Positions 48,043 through 60,480 of a stretch of 64,000 nucleotides of DNA are shown piece after piece. Made by a program: the position numbers and the translations under genes. The DNA is from Takakia lepidozioides (Eukaryota; Plantae; Bryophyta), in assembly GCA_030704615.1 (NCBI GenBank), contig CM060732.1:65968001-66032000 (forward strand), given 5' to 3'. Every line of letters begins with the position of its first letter. The first letter of the stretch is position 1. The notes under the pieces are model-generated. The model searched no databases. It saw only the letters and a list, made by a program, of their open reading frames with translations, and was not told the origin of the DNA.

Positions 48043-51000
48043 ATGGAAGGAGAGACAAGCCATACACAGGCTGCAGTTGAGAAAACACAAGAAATTGTTG
48101 TACCAAAAGAACTTATCACTATGAAAGCGGGAGATCTAGCACAGGTCATTCGCGAGGCGGTGGCGAGTGGGGTGAAGGAGGGCATAGCCGCTGTTGGCAA
48201 GAGACCTACAGCAAATCCGACTCCACCGGCGGTGCCACCCGACTAGCAAGCAGTAGACCAACCAGTAAGTATTCCCCATAATGATCTGCGTACAAGAACT
48301 AGGACAAAAAGAAAAGAGGCTAGAGGTGGATCTGCCTCTGGTGCATCCTCACAGGATAGCCGCTCCATGATGGCAAGGGATTCTAAAAGAAGGACGGTTG
48401 ACAAGGAAATTAGGAAGATGACGCATCTTCCTGAATTCCATGGTCGCCCAAATGTACCTTGCACAGAGGTGTTGTCTTTTCTAGAGACTCTGGAAGAGTT
48501 CTTCAGTGAGGACTATATGGATGCAGATAAGATCCACACAGCCTCATTGCAAATGAGAGGCAAATCTAAAGAATGGTGGATTAGAATGAAAGAGAAGCCG
48601 GGTCTGGAAGGGAGAGTGGGCCCGATTACCACATGGGCTAAGTTCAAACGGGTCTTCAAAGAACAGTACTTGCCAGAGGACTATGCGCACAGGATGAAAA
48701 TGGGTTTGATGAAACTTAGCCAGGGAAGAATGAGTGTGGCAGACTACAAGGTAAAGTTTGACGAGCACGCTTCATACTTCTATTCCTTGAAGGAGTCTGA
48801 CAGGGTGGATTTCTTCCTGACTGGACTAGATAAGGCTATCAGATTTTTGGTTCAAGCATATGAGCCGAAGACAGAGGCTGATGCATTTAGACTAGCTATC
48901 AATTTTGAGAACCAGCACAGAGCACATCTGGGTGCAAGTGCACCTATTGATAGGGATTTCAAGCCGAAGTCATTCCCTTTTGGTGGAGGTCAGAAGAGAA
49001 AGAATTGGAAAAGGTTCAATAAGAAGACAACAAAGACTGAGCCTAGAGATAATCAGAAGTTTGGAGCTTCAGCGACCAAACGCCTATCAGAGAAGGAACA
49101 GGAAGAACACCGGCGCTTGGGTCAATGTTTTATCTGTCATGAGAAAAACCATAGGGCGTTCGAGTGTCCCAAACGCGTACAACGCGCAGCTGCAGCTGTG
49201 ATTGTGCAAGAGGTTGAGGATAAAATGGATGTGGATGCACCTGGGACGAGCAAGGGTAAACAACTGAGGATCTCAGCGGCTGTGATGGGTAAAGAGATAG
49301 ACCATAATCCCACAGTCATACGATTAAATGGTCAGGTGGGAAGAGAAACCACGGCTATTTTGATTGACCCAGGAAGCAGCCATAACTTCATGTCTCAAAA
49401 TTTTGCAAACAAGTGCAAGCTGCAGTTGAAGGAGGTTGGGCACCAGTACCATACTGTTGCCTAATGGAGATACAGGATCTACCAACAACAGAAGTTTGGA
49501 GATCCCTGTCACAATGCAAGGGATCACCACTGAGGTAGATTTTGAGGTCTGGGATGGCGCGAGGTACGACATCATTTTTGGAATGCAGTGGCTAGCAGCT
49601 GTGGACGCTCAAGTGGCATGCCGAAATTGTGCAGTGGAGGGGGAGTTGCCTGGTGGTAAGCGATTCAAGCTTACAGGTACGAGAGCCCTACCCAATGTTC
49701 CTTTGTTGTCAGTCCTTCAAATGAAGCCATGCATACGGAAGACAGCCGGTCAGCTGTTCTTCGTAAGCATTCATGAGAATGATGACAAAGACATTGAAGT
49801 GAAGTTGAACAATCTCAACAGAGCAGATAAAATCCTGTCTGAATTTTCAGATGTGTTTCCCAGTGATCTGCCTGGACTACCTCCTGAAAGGGGTGTAGAC
49901 AATGCCATTGAGTTGGTTCCTGAAGCGATTCCTGTCTCTAGGATTCCTTATAGGCATTCTTTGGTGGAGAATGAAGAATTGGAGAGACATCTAGCTGATT
50001 TGCTAGAGAAAGGTTATATTAAGCCTAGCAAGTCTCCCTGGGGAGCACCAGTGTTGTTTAAGAAAAAGAAAGACGGAACTTTAAGATTGTGTGCGGACTA
50101 CAGATGGTTGAATAAACTAACCGTAAAGAACAAGTTTCCACTTCCTAGGATAGATGACTTATTTGATTACTTGCATGGTGCGCAAGTATTTTCAAAGATA
50201 GACCTACGAAGTGGATACCATCAGATCCGTGTCAAAGACTCGGACACGTTTAAGACGGCCTTCAGAACTAGATTTGGCCACTATGAATATACAGTGATGT
50301 CTTTTGGACTCACAAATGCACCAGCCACTTTCATGTGCTTAATGAATACCTTATTTAGAAAGTATCTGGGGAAATTTGTGTTAGTCTTCATGGATGACAT
50401 CTTAATCTATTCCAAGTCTCAAGAAGAACACATAGAACACTTGAAAAGTGTCCTTGAGATTTTGAGAGAGAATAAACTCTATGCTAAGAAGAGCAAATGT
50501 GAGTTTTTTGTTTCCCAGATGGAATACTTGGGATTTATAGTGTCAAAAGATGGCATGTTAGTTGATCCCAAGAAGGTAAAGACTGTGGCAGAATGGCCTG
50601 TCCCGAAGGATAGAACAGATGTGAGAGCATTCTTAGGACTTGCAAGCTTTTATAGAAGATTTATAAAGGCATTCTCCAAGATTGCAGCCCCTCTCACTAG
50701 CCTGCTGAAAGGCTTAGGAGCGATTACCTGGACCGAATATTGTAATGAGAGCTTTGAAAAGCTTAAAGATATGTTAACACATGCTCCTGTCTTGAAATTA
50801 ATGGATTACAAGACAGGTGGTCTAGTACTTTGCACAGATGCGAGTGACCTGGCCATAGGAGCTGTGTTAATGCAACACGGATAGGTAATAGCTTATGAGT
50901 CTAGAAAACTAAGCCCAGCAGAGCTGAACTACCCAGTGCATGAAAAAGAATTGCTAGCCATCATACATGCCTTAAAGGTTTGGCGGCATTATCTACTGGG

Positions 51001-52708
51001 AAGGGAATTTAAGATTGAGACAGACCATGAAAACTTGAAGTATCTGGCCACACAACCCAACCTCAGTCGCAGACAGTGTCGTTGGGTAGAGTTCCTCCAG
51101 CAGTTCTTCTTTGAATTGCATTATGTGAAGGGGAAAGAGAACGTGGTGGCAGATGCATTGTCCAGAAGAAAATGGGCAACTGCTATTTCAGTGATAAGAA
51201 GCACTGTGATAGAAGAGATAAGAGGTCAGTATGCTAAAGACGCATATTTGCTGGCCCGTTTGAAAGCTTGTCTCGTGGGGTCAAGGCTCCTGATGAAATT
51301 GGCAAATATCTAGCTTATCTGTTAAAAGATGGGTTATTATACTGTGATGGGCGTCTATGCATCCCTCAGGTTGCAGACTATAGACTAAAGATCATGTATG
51401 ACTGTCATAACATACCTATTGCAGGCCATCCTGGCTTTCAGAAAACATATCTTGCAATTAGGAAACAATTTTTCTGGCCTGGGATGAAGAAGGATATACA
51501 AGAATATGTTGAAAGGTGTTACCCTTGTCAGGTAACCAAAACAGAACAGATCAAGACTCCTGGACTTTTGCAACCTCTGAATGTGCCTAGGGCAAAGTGG
51601 GAATCTATAAGTATGGATTTCATTGTCTCATTGCCTAAGACAAGAAATGGACATGATGCCATCTTTGTGGTAGTCGACCGCTTGTCAAAACAAGCGCATT
51701 TCATACCCACAAAGATGAGTGCAACTGCTATAGACACGGCTAATCTCTTTGTAAAAGAGATATACAGACTGCATGGATTGCCAAGAGAAATTGTGTCTGA
51801 CAGGGATTCGAAGTTTACGAGTGGATTTTGGACTGCTTTGTTCAAAGCTTTGAATACCAGATTATGTTTTAGCAGTGCTTACCACCCAGAATCTGATGCT
51901 CAGACAGAGAGGACAAATAGAACCTTAGAAGACATGCTCCGAATGTATGTGGGGCAAAGGCAAAGCTCTTGGGAACAATATTTGCATTTTTGTGAGTTTG
52001 CCTATAATAAGAACATGCATACAGCTATTGGGGTAAGCCCATTTGAAGCTGTTTACGGACAAGATTGCTTGACACCAGCATCTTGGCATGTTTCTAATAC
52101 TAAGGTCGAAAGTGTCAATCAGATGATAGCAAGGATGCAACAAGAGATGGACCTAATGAAGGATAGCATGAGGAGAGCTCAAGAAAGGGCAAAGACCTAT
52201 GCTGATCAGAAAAGGTCTTTTATTATAATCAAGTGCAAGTGGCAGAAGAAGATCAAGGAAAGACAGCTTTCATCACAGACTGGGGTGCTTATGCATACAA
52301 AGTCATGCCCTTTGGACTTTGTAATGCACCAGCAACCTTTATAAGCTTTCCCCAAGGTACTGTGGACCTTTCAAGATTATCAAAAAGATTGGCAAAGTCG
52401 CCTACAAGCTGGAACTGCCTGTTAGGTGGAAGATACATGATGTATTTCATGTGAGCCTCTTAAGGAAATATGTTTCAGATCCCAGACATATTCTCCCAGA
52501 CTTGCTAAAAGTCACAACCGAAGGAGAAATTGTGGCAGAACCAGAAGAGATTCTTAAGGTAGAGATGAAAACCTTGAGATCTCGTTCTTGGAATGAATTC
52601 TTGATCAAGTGGAAGAATTACCCTATAGAAGAATCGACATGGGAGAGAGAAGATGCTCTTTGTAAGAATTTTCCCCAGTTCAGTATTGAGGACAATACTC
52701 CCTTATAA
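48043..52708 (+). pseudogene. gag-pol polyprotein with in-frame stops (~48244, ~50882) and frameshifts (~49460, ~51260, ~52340)
   Basis: CFICHEKNHRAFEC; LIDPGSSHNF; [11 protein letters not shown]; [10 protein letters not shown]; TDASD; HEKELLA; SMDFI; VSDRDSKF; chromodomain [22 protein letters not shown]. Confidence 0.93.
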
Positions 52709-52720
52709 GAGGGGGGGTAA

Positions 52721-53243
52721 TATAACGTCCCTGTGAACTCGAACCTGCGACAGGCTTGGCAGGACGTTGAACAGTTCAGCAATCGTCGACGGCTGTCTGG
52801 GTGAGGTGATGGGGATGTCACGTGGAACAGCTGATGTCACGTGGTGGTGGTGGCGATGTGTTGGCAGGATTCCGTTGATCAAGACCAAAAGCAAGAATGA
52901 TGATGTTGAGAAGTGTACAGGGAGGAGAGTGGGGGACTTGACTCTCTTCTTCTGGTTTTTGGTTCCCTAGATAGAAGAGCTCGTAGATGTTGGCCGTACA
53001 GAGTGTGGAAGACAAGACGGCCATGGTGAATAGTGTCTACGAACAGGGAAGAGAGAGATAATACAGAAAATGATGCATGGTGTGGCGGTTGGGAGGACTG
53101 GTTGTGTTCCAGTACCATGTACAATTCTAGGATTGGGTGCTAGTTCCTGTTGAGTCAAGAATTATTGTGACTTGAAGGATCTGTACATAAAGCAAATGGT
53201 GGTGTTTGGCCATTAAGTGGAATAAGACAAGAGGATTGTAAGA
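52721..53243 (+). repeat. Chromovirus 3' LTR
   Basis: Identical to the 5' LTR by eye except for a 6-bp indel. Confidence 0.95.
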
Positions 53244-53711
53244 GCTATTGACAAAGCTCTCCTCATGGACACCTGAATGAAGATTATGTGCTGGGTTTGA
53301 AGTACCTCTGGCTAATTGTATACCCGACAAGAAGGTGTGGGACGGTGGGAGGACGGTGGTAACTGTGCAGTGTTGGTGTGCGTTGATGCTCATCCAGAAC
53401 ACACATAACCCCATGATTGTGTAAATAAGAAATCTGAAGTCCACCATCCTTTACAGTCAAATCTTTAAAGTTGCCATATGGCTTTCCCCATTTTCGATTC
53501 TAGCTCAGGAACCTAGGTCCGCAGCTATGGAACTGCACTGGAAATAGACGGGCAATCATTAGTCATTTGACTGTGAGGCTGTGAGCTGAGATCTCCCACA
53601 AGCAAGTACAGCTTTCCAGCCTGCTTTGAAAGGGTGACATTGGGTTCCACGGGACCACCACATTGCAAGCTGTGGTTGCTCTTGCATTGAATTACGACTT
53701 TGTATATGCTC

Positions 53712-56700
53712 TCAAACTGCAACTGCACCTCGCCATGAGGAAAGGGGCGGGCTGGTAGTGAACTGCCATGTGTGCTTCAACACAGGACCTGCATATCGGT
53801 CACCTGCAACCTCATCAATTGGCAAAGCCGCTTCAATCTCTTCTCTGTCCTTCTTCGTAAGTGAGACTTTGAGAGCTCCAATGTTGGACACCAAATTGGT
53901 CTTCTTGGTTGTCCCTGGGATGGGTATCACATCAGCCCCCTTGTGCTGAACCCAGGCAAGAGCCAATTGATTTAATGTACACTTTTTCTTCTGGGCAATC
54001 TCAGAAACTCGATCCCGCAGTGCTACATTTTTGGCCAGATTTTCTCCCGGTGTCATCCTTGGATGAAACTGCAGAGAGAGTTTGGCATGAGAATAAAACC
54101 TCCAACCTCAAATGAGCTTTGAATGTGCATCACCAAAGATCTAACGGTCTCATGCAAACCTATGATCTTCATCAGCGGAGGTACACGCATTAGATAACTT
54201 CTACTAGACTCTGCGCGCGTTCAGCCACAGGCATGGCACAGTGAGAGGGCCAAGGAGGATGGGAAAAGAGCAGAACAGGTACCACCATTTCTGACACCTC
54301 ACCACCCGTACTCTGACATTCTACACTTCTGTTGTAGACCATTCCCTGTCAACAGTGATTGTGGAATACCCATGAAGGTCGCAAGGCCTTATGTGATACT
54401 GACCCTCATGAGGCAAGATGGGGAGGTTGAACCCAACCATTGGTCTATAGAAACTCACCATACTGCTGGCAAGAGAAACAAACAAGAAACATCAAGCACC
54501 ACCTCAAGACAGTGCCTTTGGCAGGCGGACTGTCAGGCACTTCATGAGAGCTTATGCCAAAGACTGGGAGTCTCTAAACAGGGAACTGTTTAGACAGGAA
54601 TCCGATCTTGAATTGGGCAGGATTATTCCTCGGTCGTCCAGAAAGGACAGATCCTAGCCTTGGCAGGCACCACCCTATCCCAATCTGCACGGTGTGAGAA
54701 CCAAATTGAAGGTGCCAAGGCTCTGATAAGGGATGCAGTGAGCTTCTCAGGGAGGCAGAAAGGCATGAAGAAAAGAAAGATATTATTACATCCACAGGAG
54801 GGAGCAGAGAGAGAGAGAAGGCTGGGGGCAATGGGTGGAGGGCAAAACTATTGACATTTTCTCCCAAAAGCACTTAGTGTCAGTATTCAACAACAAGTTA
54901 CAGACAAAAGGAGGGTCCCAGCTTGAATGCCTCCAACCGACTGGGAAAGAAGGTGCGGTGGCTTCTTTTTTATCCCTCCCTTTCACCCACCTGCTTACAT
55001 TACCATAGAAAGGCAATATAACAAACTAATTAATAACACACTATAACATACATAATACATACATAATACATACTCTTTAATATCTTTAAGGCTTGCAGGG
55101 GCATTTAGGTGATCCCTCAGTCCAGGCACGAGAGAGAGACACAAAGTAAAAGGCAGACCTTCCGATGGTCACCTGGACCAGCCTCCTCGGGCTTAAAACC
55201 AGCCAAGAAGCCTCGACCAAGAGGGCTGTAGGGGACAATCCCTATCCCCAACTCTCTGCACACACAAATCATCCCCTTCAACAACAGCTCACCTCTCCTT
55301 CAGATCATATATTGGTGTCTTGTACAATGCATTAGAGCTAACATGTGAATGCTACTTCAACGTTGTCAACCCACTGCCAAACTCCTTACAGTGGAATTCT
55401 GGTTTCAACAGACAACCCAGTTGCAAGTCTAATGTGGACATTGTCCTATGTGCTCCACCCAGCAGCAGGACGACCAACAGCCCACCCCACATCTGGTACC
55501 TCTATTCACTGTCTAGGAAAAATATTAGATCAAAAGTTAGTCAGTCAGCATTACAAATGCCACCTTTGAAGAGGGGCAACAGCTCAGAATGTCCATGAGA
55601 CATAATATCTCAGTCTATTTCAAGGTTCACTTTCTTCTGCAGCTGGTTAAGGTTGACACAATGAATTGCCACTGGATTTATCATATGCCTCTCTAGAGGA
55701 TCACAACAAGAGTTAAGTGTTCCCCATCCTAATGTATAAATAGTGAACTATGCAACTCTCACCACAGCTTGGTACTTCATTCTTGAGAACATCGGGTCAA
55801 ATGCGACCCACAATTCATACCTGCAAGTAGGAATGATGTCCTCTTCCACATCACGAGACCAGAGAGACCACTCAATCTGGACGGCAGTGATAGGGTGCAC
55901 AGCATGAGCACGCCGAATGTCAGAGGCACATGCCTCCGACAATCCCAAATACTTCACCTTCCCCTCCTCCACCAGCTTCTTCATAGCGCCTACCTGAACA
56001 CAGAGACAGCATAGGATGCCAGAGATGGCTTTATATCTGAAATTTCTCCCAAGTTTCTCTCGGGGTTCACGTTCTCTCGTAGTTCTAGCTTCTCCCACGT
56101 GCCCTGTCGAACCCGCTTGCCGTATTCAATGCCTTTCTTATTACCAGCATGATGTCGATGCGGATCCTCAAATCAGCACTCAATCTACCCTGCAATCTTA
56201 TTTTATAATCACAGCGGTGGCCTAAGTCACAGAGGTTGGACAACAGAGACAGATGCGTACTGTGATTTCAATAGGAACGTTGGGATCCACGCGATGCTGG
56301 TAGTAGAGATCAATGTAATCTACATCCAACCTCTTCAAGCTCGCTTCGCAAGCTTCACGCACGTACTCTGGGTCCCCTCGAATTGTCACAGTGAAGGCTC
56401 CATCCACAATACTTACAATATTTGCGAATTTGGTAGCCAATTGCACTTTGTCCCGAATGCCTTTGATCGCCTGCAGAAAACCCATTTCCCTGTGCCTATC
56501 TGAGTTCCATGCCGCTATGGTCGGAAAAATTATGTGTCAATTTACCAAATCAGAGCAGCTGCATGAGGTGAAAGAGGAGAAAGTGGAGGATATAGAGACC
56601 TTAAACCAAAGAATCGTGTAAAACCATCACCTTTCCAACAAGAACCTCGTTGGTATGAGGCCCGTACATATCAGCAGTGTCAAGGAAAGTTACCCCACCC

Positions 56701-56852
56701 TCCACAGAAAACTTAATGAGCTCAATCATCTCGTCCTCGGGCTTGGGAATTCCATAGAATATGGACATGCCCATGCAGCCCAAGCCCAATGCCGATACTT
56801 CCAGACCCTGTGAACCCAACTTCACTTGCGGGATGGTGGGGAGAGACACCAT
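53712..56852 (-). CDS. Aldo-keto reductase (plant AKR1/perakine reductase-like, AKR13 group); exons 56631-56852, 56261-56470, 55821-55993, 55159-55255, 53712-54068
   Basis: [96 protein letters not shown] introns in phase. Confidence 0.94.
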
Positions 56853-57159
56853 AATTGATCAACCTCCGAGCTTCCAACCAGTGGTGCCCAAATGGGTCAC
56901 AGAATCGAACTGCCTAGACAGAGATCACCACACAATCCTTGAGCTGAAAACTGTGCCCAAGGTGCCCACAGACAGACAGCGGCTCCTCTACGTGCCAATG
57001 CAAAGTTGCTGTTGGCTTTTATGATCGTTAGAGAGGTGAGACTGACTGCGACTGCAGAAACTAGATCTAGATTTAGCCTCATCTAGGAACGGAGAAACTT
57101 TAATGTACAGTAAATGGGAGCCAAATCCCACTGATCAAGGGACCAATATATGAAGCAAG

Positions 57160-57235
57160 GTTGTTTGTTTGTTTTTTTGTTTTTTTTGTTTTGTTTTGTT
57201 TGGTTTTGTTTTGTTTTGTATCGTTTTGTTTTGTA
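57160..57235 (+). repeat. (TTTTG)n low-complexity tract
   Basis: Directly visible. Confidence 0.85.
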
Positions 57236-57255
57236 CGTTGAGATCAGTGTTGGTC

Positions 57256-57498
57256 ACCAACAGTCAGTAGCTCAGTTGGTAAAGTGCACTGAGTGCCATC
57301 CGGATGACCCTGGGGTCAAATCCTGCTACTTGACGGGTGTGGTACGCTCTTCTCCCCCTTCCCTGCGCGGTGTCGCATCTGAAAGCCTTACTGCGAGGTT
57401 ACTGAGAGGTTATTTTCTCCTCTCTATCAAGGGGCCTGATTTGTGAGCTGTCGCTCCCAGGTGTTTCCCTTTAATAATATATATATATTTAAAAAAAA
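57256..57498 (+). mobile_element. Full-length tRNA-derived SINE (family B)
   Basis: A-box tagctcagttgg, B-box gggtcaaatcc, (AT)n/poly-A tail. 10-bp TSD AGTGTTGGTC at 57246-57255 and 57499-57508. Confidence 0.85.
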
Positions 57499-58799
57499 AG
57501 TGTTGGTCTGGTATGGGTATCAGACCCGAGCATCAACGCTCGTAGCAACCCTGATATCTAGGGACCAGACCACAGTTTTTTTTTTCATTTTGGCTTAGAA
57601 GCGTAGATGGCTACAATTTGAAGGCTAAAAATCAACTGGCTACAGGCTATTTCATTTGCATGCAATATGGCGATTTGAGTATTTTGTGTATGCATTGCAT
57701 AGGCGATACAAATAAAAATTGAGGCATAAAGTAGTGGCTACAAGAGGCCACATATTGTTGCAAGTGGCTACAATGCCATAGTCGAAGTGCATTTGCTGGC
57801 ACTAGAGCCTAATCTCAAGTAGCAAAGTGGCACCATTGCCTAATGTCAAGAAGCAATGTAGGCATAACAGTCTATTTAAAATCTGAAATCTGAAATTTGT
57901 TGATCAAGTCTTAACCCTTAAGTTCCCAAGCCCTTTTTTGACCTTTTACCAATTTTGGGTACCCAGCTGCAGTAAATTGTCCCTAGAAACCTACCAAAAA
58001 TCATCCGGAGATTCCAGCCAAAAAATGAGCCAAGTCCACCATGGAAATTGTGAGATTATAGCGTTGGCCCGGACCTCAAATATCAGGTCCCAAAGAAAAA
58101 GTGAGAAAGAAATTGGTTTGACCAAATCAAAACCTAGCTTTATCCAATTTTGCTTGCCCCAAGACCCACCATTTCCAAATCAATAGTGGAGTGGCTATGA
58201 CCCCACTAAATTGCAGGTCCAACTGATTTTTTCACCTATGGTTGCTATTCATGCAATTACATGGGGGTTGAAATCTCAAAATTGACAAGAGAAAATGTGC
58301 CTCCAAATGAAGTACTTTTTTTTTCTACAAAATTCTTAAAAACCAATGGTGGATGTGTGTATGTAATGCTCACACACCACAAGGTGAAGTGCTTTTTCCA
58401 AAATTGCTAATTTTCTGCCAAAAATGGCCTTTGGAGTGCAATCTGTTTTGGGCTTGTTTACCTGCCACGTCAGCGGTCAACAAGCCCTTTTCAGGCCCCA
58501 AAACGTAAATGAGAGATCTAAGATATTTTTTTGTAGGTCGTAGCTTTTGTTTTTTTTGTTTTTTGTTTTTTTGCATCATACTCGAGACAAATCCCTTGTC
58601 ATTAAAGCTTCAGAAGTGGGCCCCATCAGATTAGATCTGCAAAAATTAGGTCAAACTGCAAATTCAAAGTGACCCCATTCAGGTCGCTTGGGAACTTAAG
58701 GGTTGAACTGGGCCAGCAAGCATGATGGCCTCAATATCAAATAACAAAGTGACACCATATTCCAATTTGAAGGAGCAAACTCATACCAATGTAGGCATG

Positions 58800-59050
58800 G
58801 CAGCCCACTCACAATCTGAAATTTAAAATAATTAATCAAAGAAGTCCAAAGATGGCCAGCAAAAACCATAGCCTCAATTTCAAGTAGCAAGGTGGCACTA
58901 TTGAGGATGGTGATGATACCAAGTGAGGCAGGACTGCCCACTCACAATCTGAAATCTGAAACTAATTAATCAAAGAAGTCCTACAATGGGCCAGCAAACA
59001 TCACAACCTCAATTTCAAATAGCAAGGTAGCACCATAGCCCAATGTGAAA
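58800..59050 (+). repeat. Two tandem ~135-bp units
   Basis: gcccactcacaatctgaaat..taattaatcaaagaagtcc..ggccagcaaa..cctcaatttcaa.tagcaaggt occurs twice. Confidence 0.75.
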
Positions 59051-59736
59051 GAACAATATGATACTAAAAAAAATAAAGATCTTAGGCGAAATTTTGAAAG
59101 CAAGCTGCGAGGAGAGATGGCGATGGTGAAGCTCCGTAGGGCTGCGCGCAATGGCGACAGCCTGCCCTAGAACCCTGGCGATCCAACGGTCGAAGTCGTG
59201 CTGCATGGCGAGATCTCTACCCGGTGATCGCACGATGGGGCGACATCCGCTAGATGTAGGGCTGTGGGGAACGTGTATTTCTGGCGCAACTGGCAGGTTC
59301 CTTGGAGCTTTCTGGCACTAGCCTGCGCGTGCCCCTATTTTATGGTGCATTTTTTTTTTTTTCCAAGGATTTTACATAGGGCTGTCACAACCCTTTGTTT
59401 TTTATTGCTTTTAGGCTCCATTTCGCCTAAAAAAGAAGCGTTGGACCAGAGCAGCCTGGTCTTAAGTTCTACATACCAGGTCATATACCAGACTAGGCTG
59501 GTATCCGTTTTCTCATACCAGCCACAATACCAGTACTCCCGCCGTCTTCCACATTACTCTAGTATGTGTACTACACTAATTTATGACATACATGTACTTA
59601 TTTATATTTGTGGCTCCTCCCTTAAGGGAGAGACCACGCAGAGGTGCTTTTCTCCCGATGTATTTTCACCACTTAATACCTAGGGTAACTGTACCTATCA
59701 TTGCCCATATAAGACTTTCAGAAGCCATAACTTGTT

Positions 59737-60480
59737 GCCAAGTAATAGATCAGGCCCGGGAGTTGAATGCGAGGGAGCCGGTTCAGCCACCGTGGACCCC
59801 CCGCCACCCCACGCCCACCCCCGCCTCCATCGCCCACAACCGCGAGGGCGCTGCCGCGCGGCACGCCCTCCCAGGCCTCATGTTCCTGCTGCCAGGACAT
59901 GAGACATGCCCTCTCCCGCATTCCCATCCCTCCTCCCATCCTGCCCTCATGCATGGCATCGTCCTCATTCCCCATGCATGCCTTCATCCTCGCCATGCTA
60001 TATGGTATCCCAATGCCCTCTTTCAAAAATCGTGTCAGACTGGTTGCTTAGCTGTTCCTGCTCGTTTTCACCACTCCAAAATCTCCACACTGCAGACATA
60101 AGCTGGTTTAGCATCTGTGTACATTTGGACATGGTATGTCCTCGTTGTGGATAGTCCAATGGAGCCCAAAGCGACCAACATGAATGTTGTTGAAAGCTCA
60201 CTAGCACCCCTTCGTAAAGGAACTTGTCAAAATGTTGATGTTGCGGATTTTCGGGCACAAAAGTCTACCTTGGAGCACGGAGCGGAGCTGGCATGAGTTC
60301 CTTAAAGATCCTTCACGATGGAGGGACAACCGTAATCGCAAGGTGTGGCTTTCTCTTAATGTATGAGGTGAAGAAGTTTGGCTGAACGAAATGTGGTGTC
60401 ATGGAATGCGATGATCGCAGGATATGCACAACACGGGTGTGGGATGGAGGCTTTGGAGACCTACAAGCAAATGATGCGTG
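59737..60480 (+). repeat. Duplicated segment, copy 1 (copy 2 at ~61578-62340), ending in a PPR motif fragment
   Basis: gccaagtaatagatcaggcccgggagttgaatg...ctacaagcaaatgatgcg is colinear with 61578-62340. Confidence 0.9.

Larger units (their letters stand above)
47383..53243 (+). mobile_element. Ty3/gypsy chromovirus, full length, young, with defective ORFs
   Basis: LTRs at 47383-47911 and 52721-53243 are nearly identical. TSD GCTAT. PBS tggtatcagagc (tRNA-iMet) at ~47915. PPT agaggggggg. Domain order gag-PR-RT-RH-INT-chromodomain. Confidence 0.96.
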
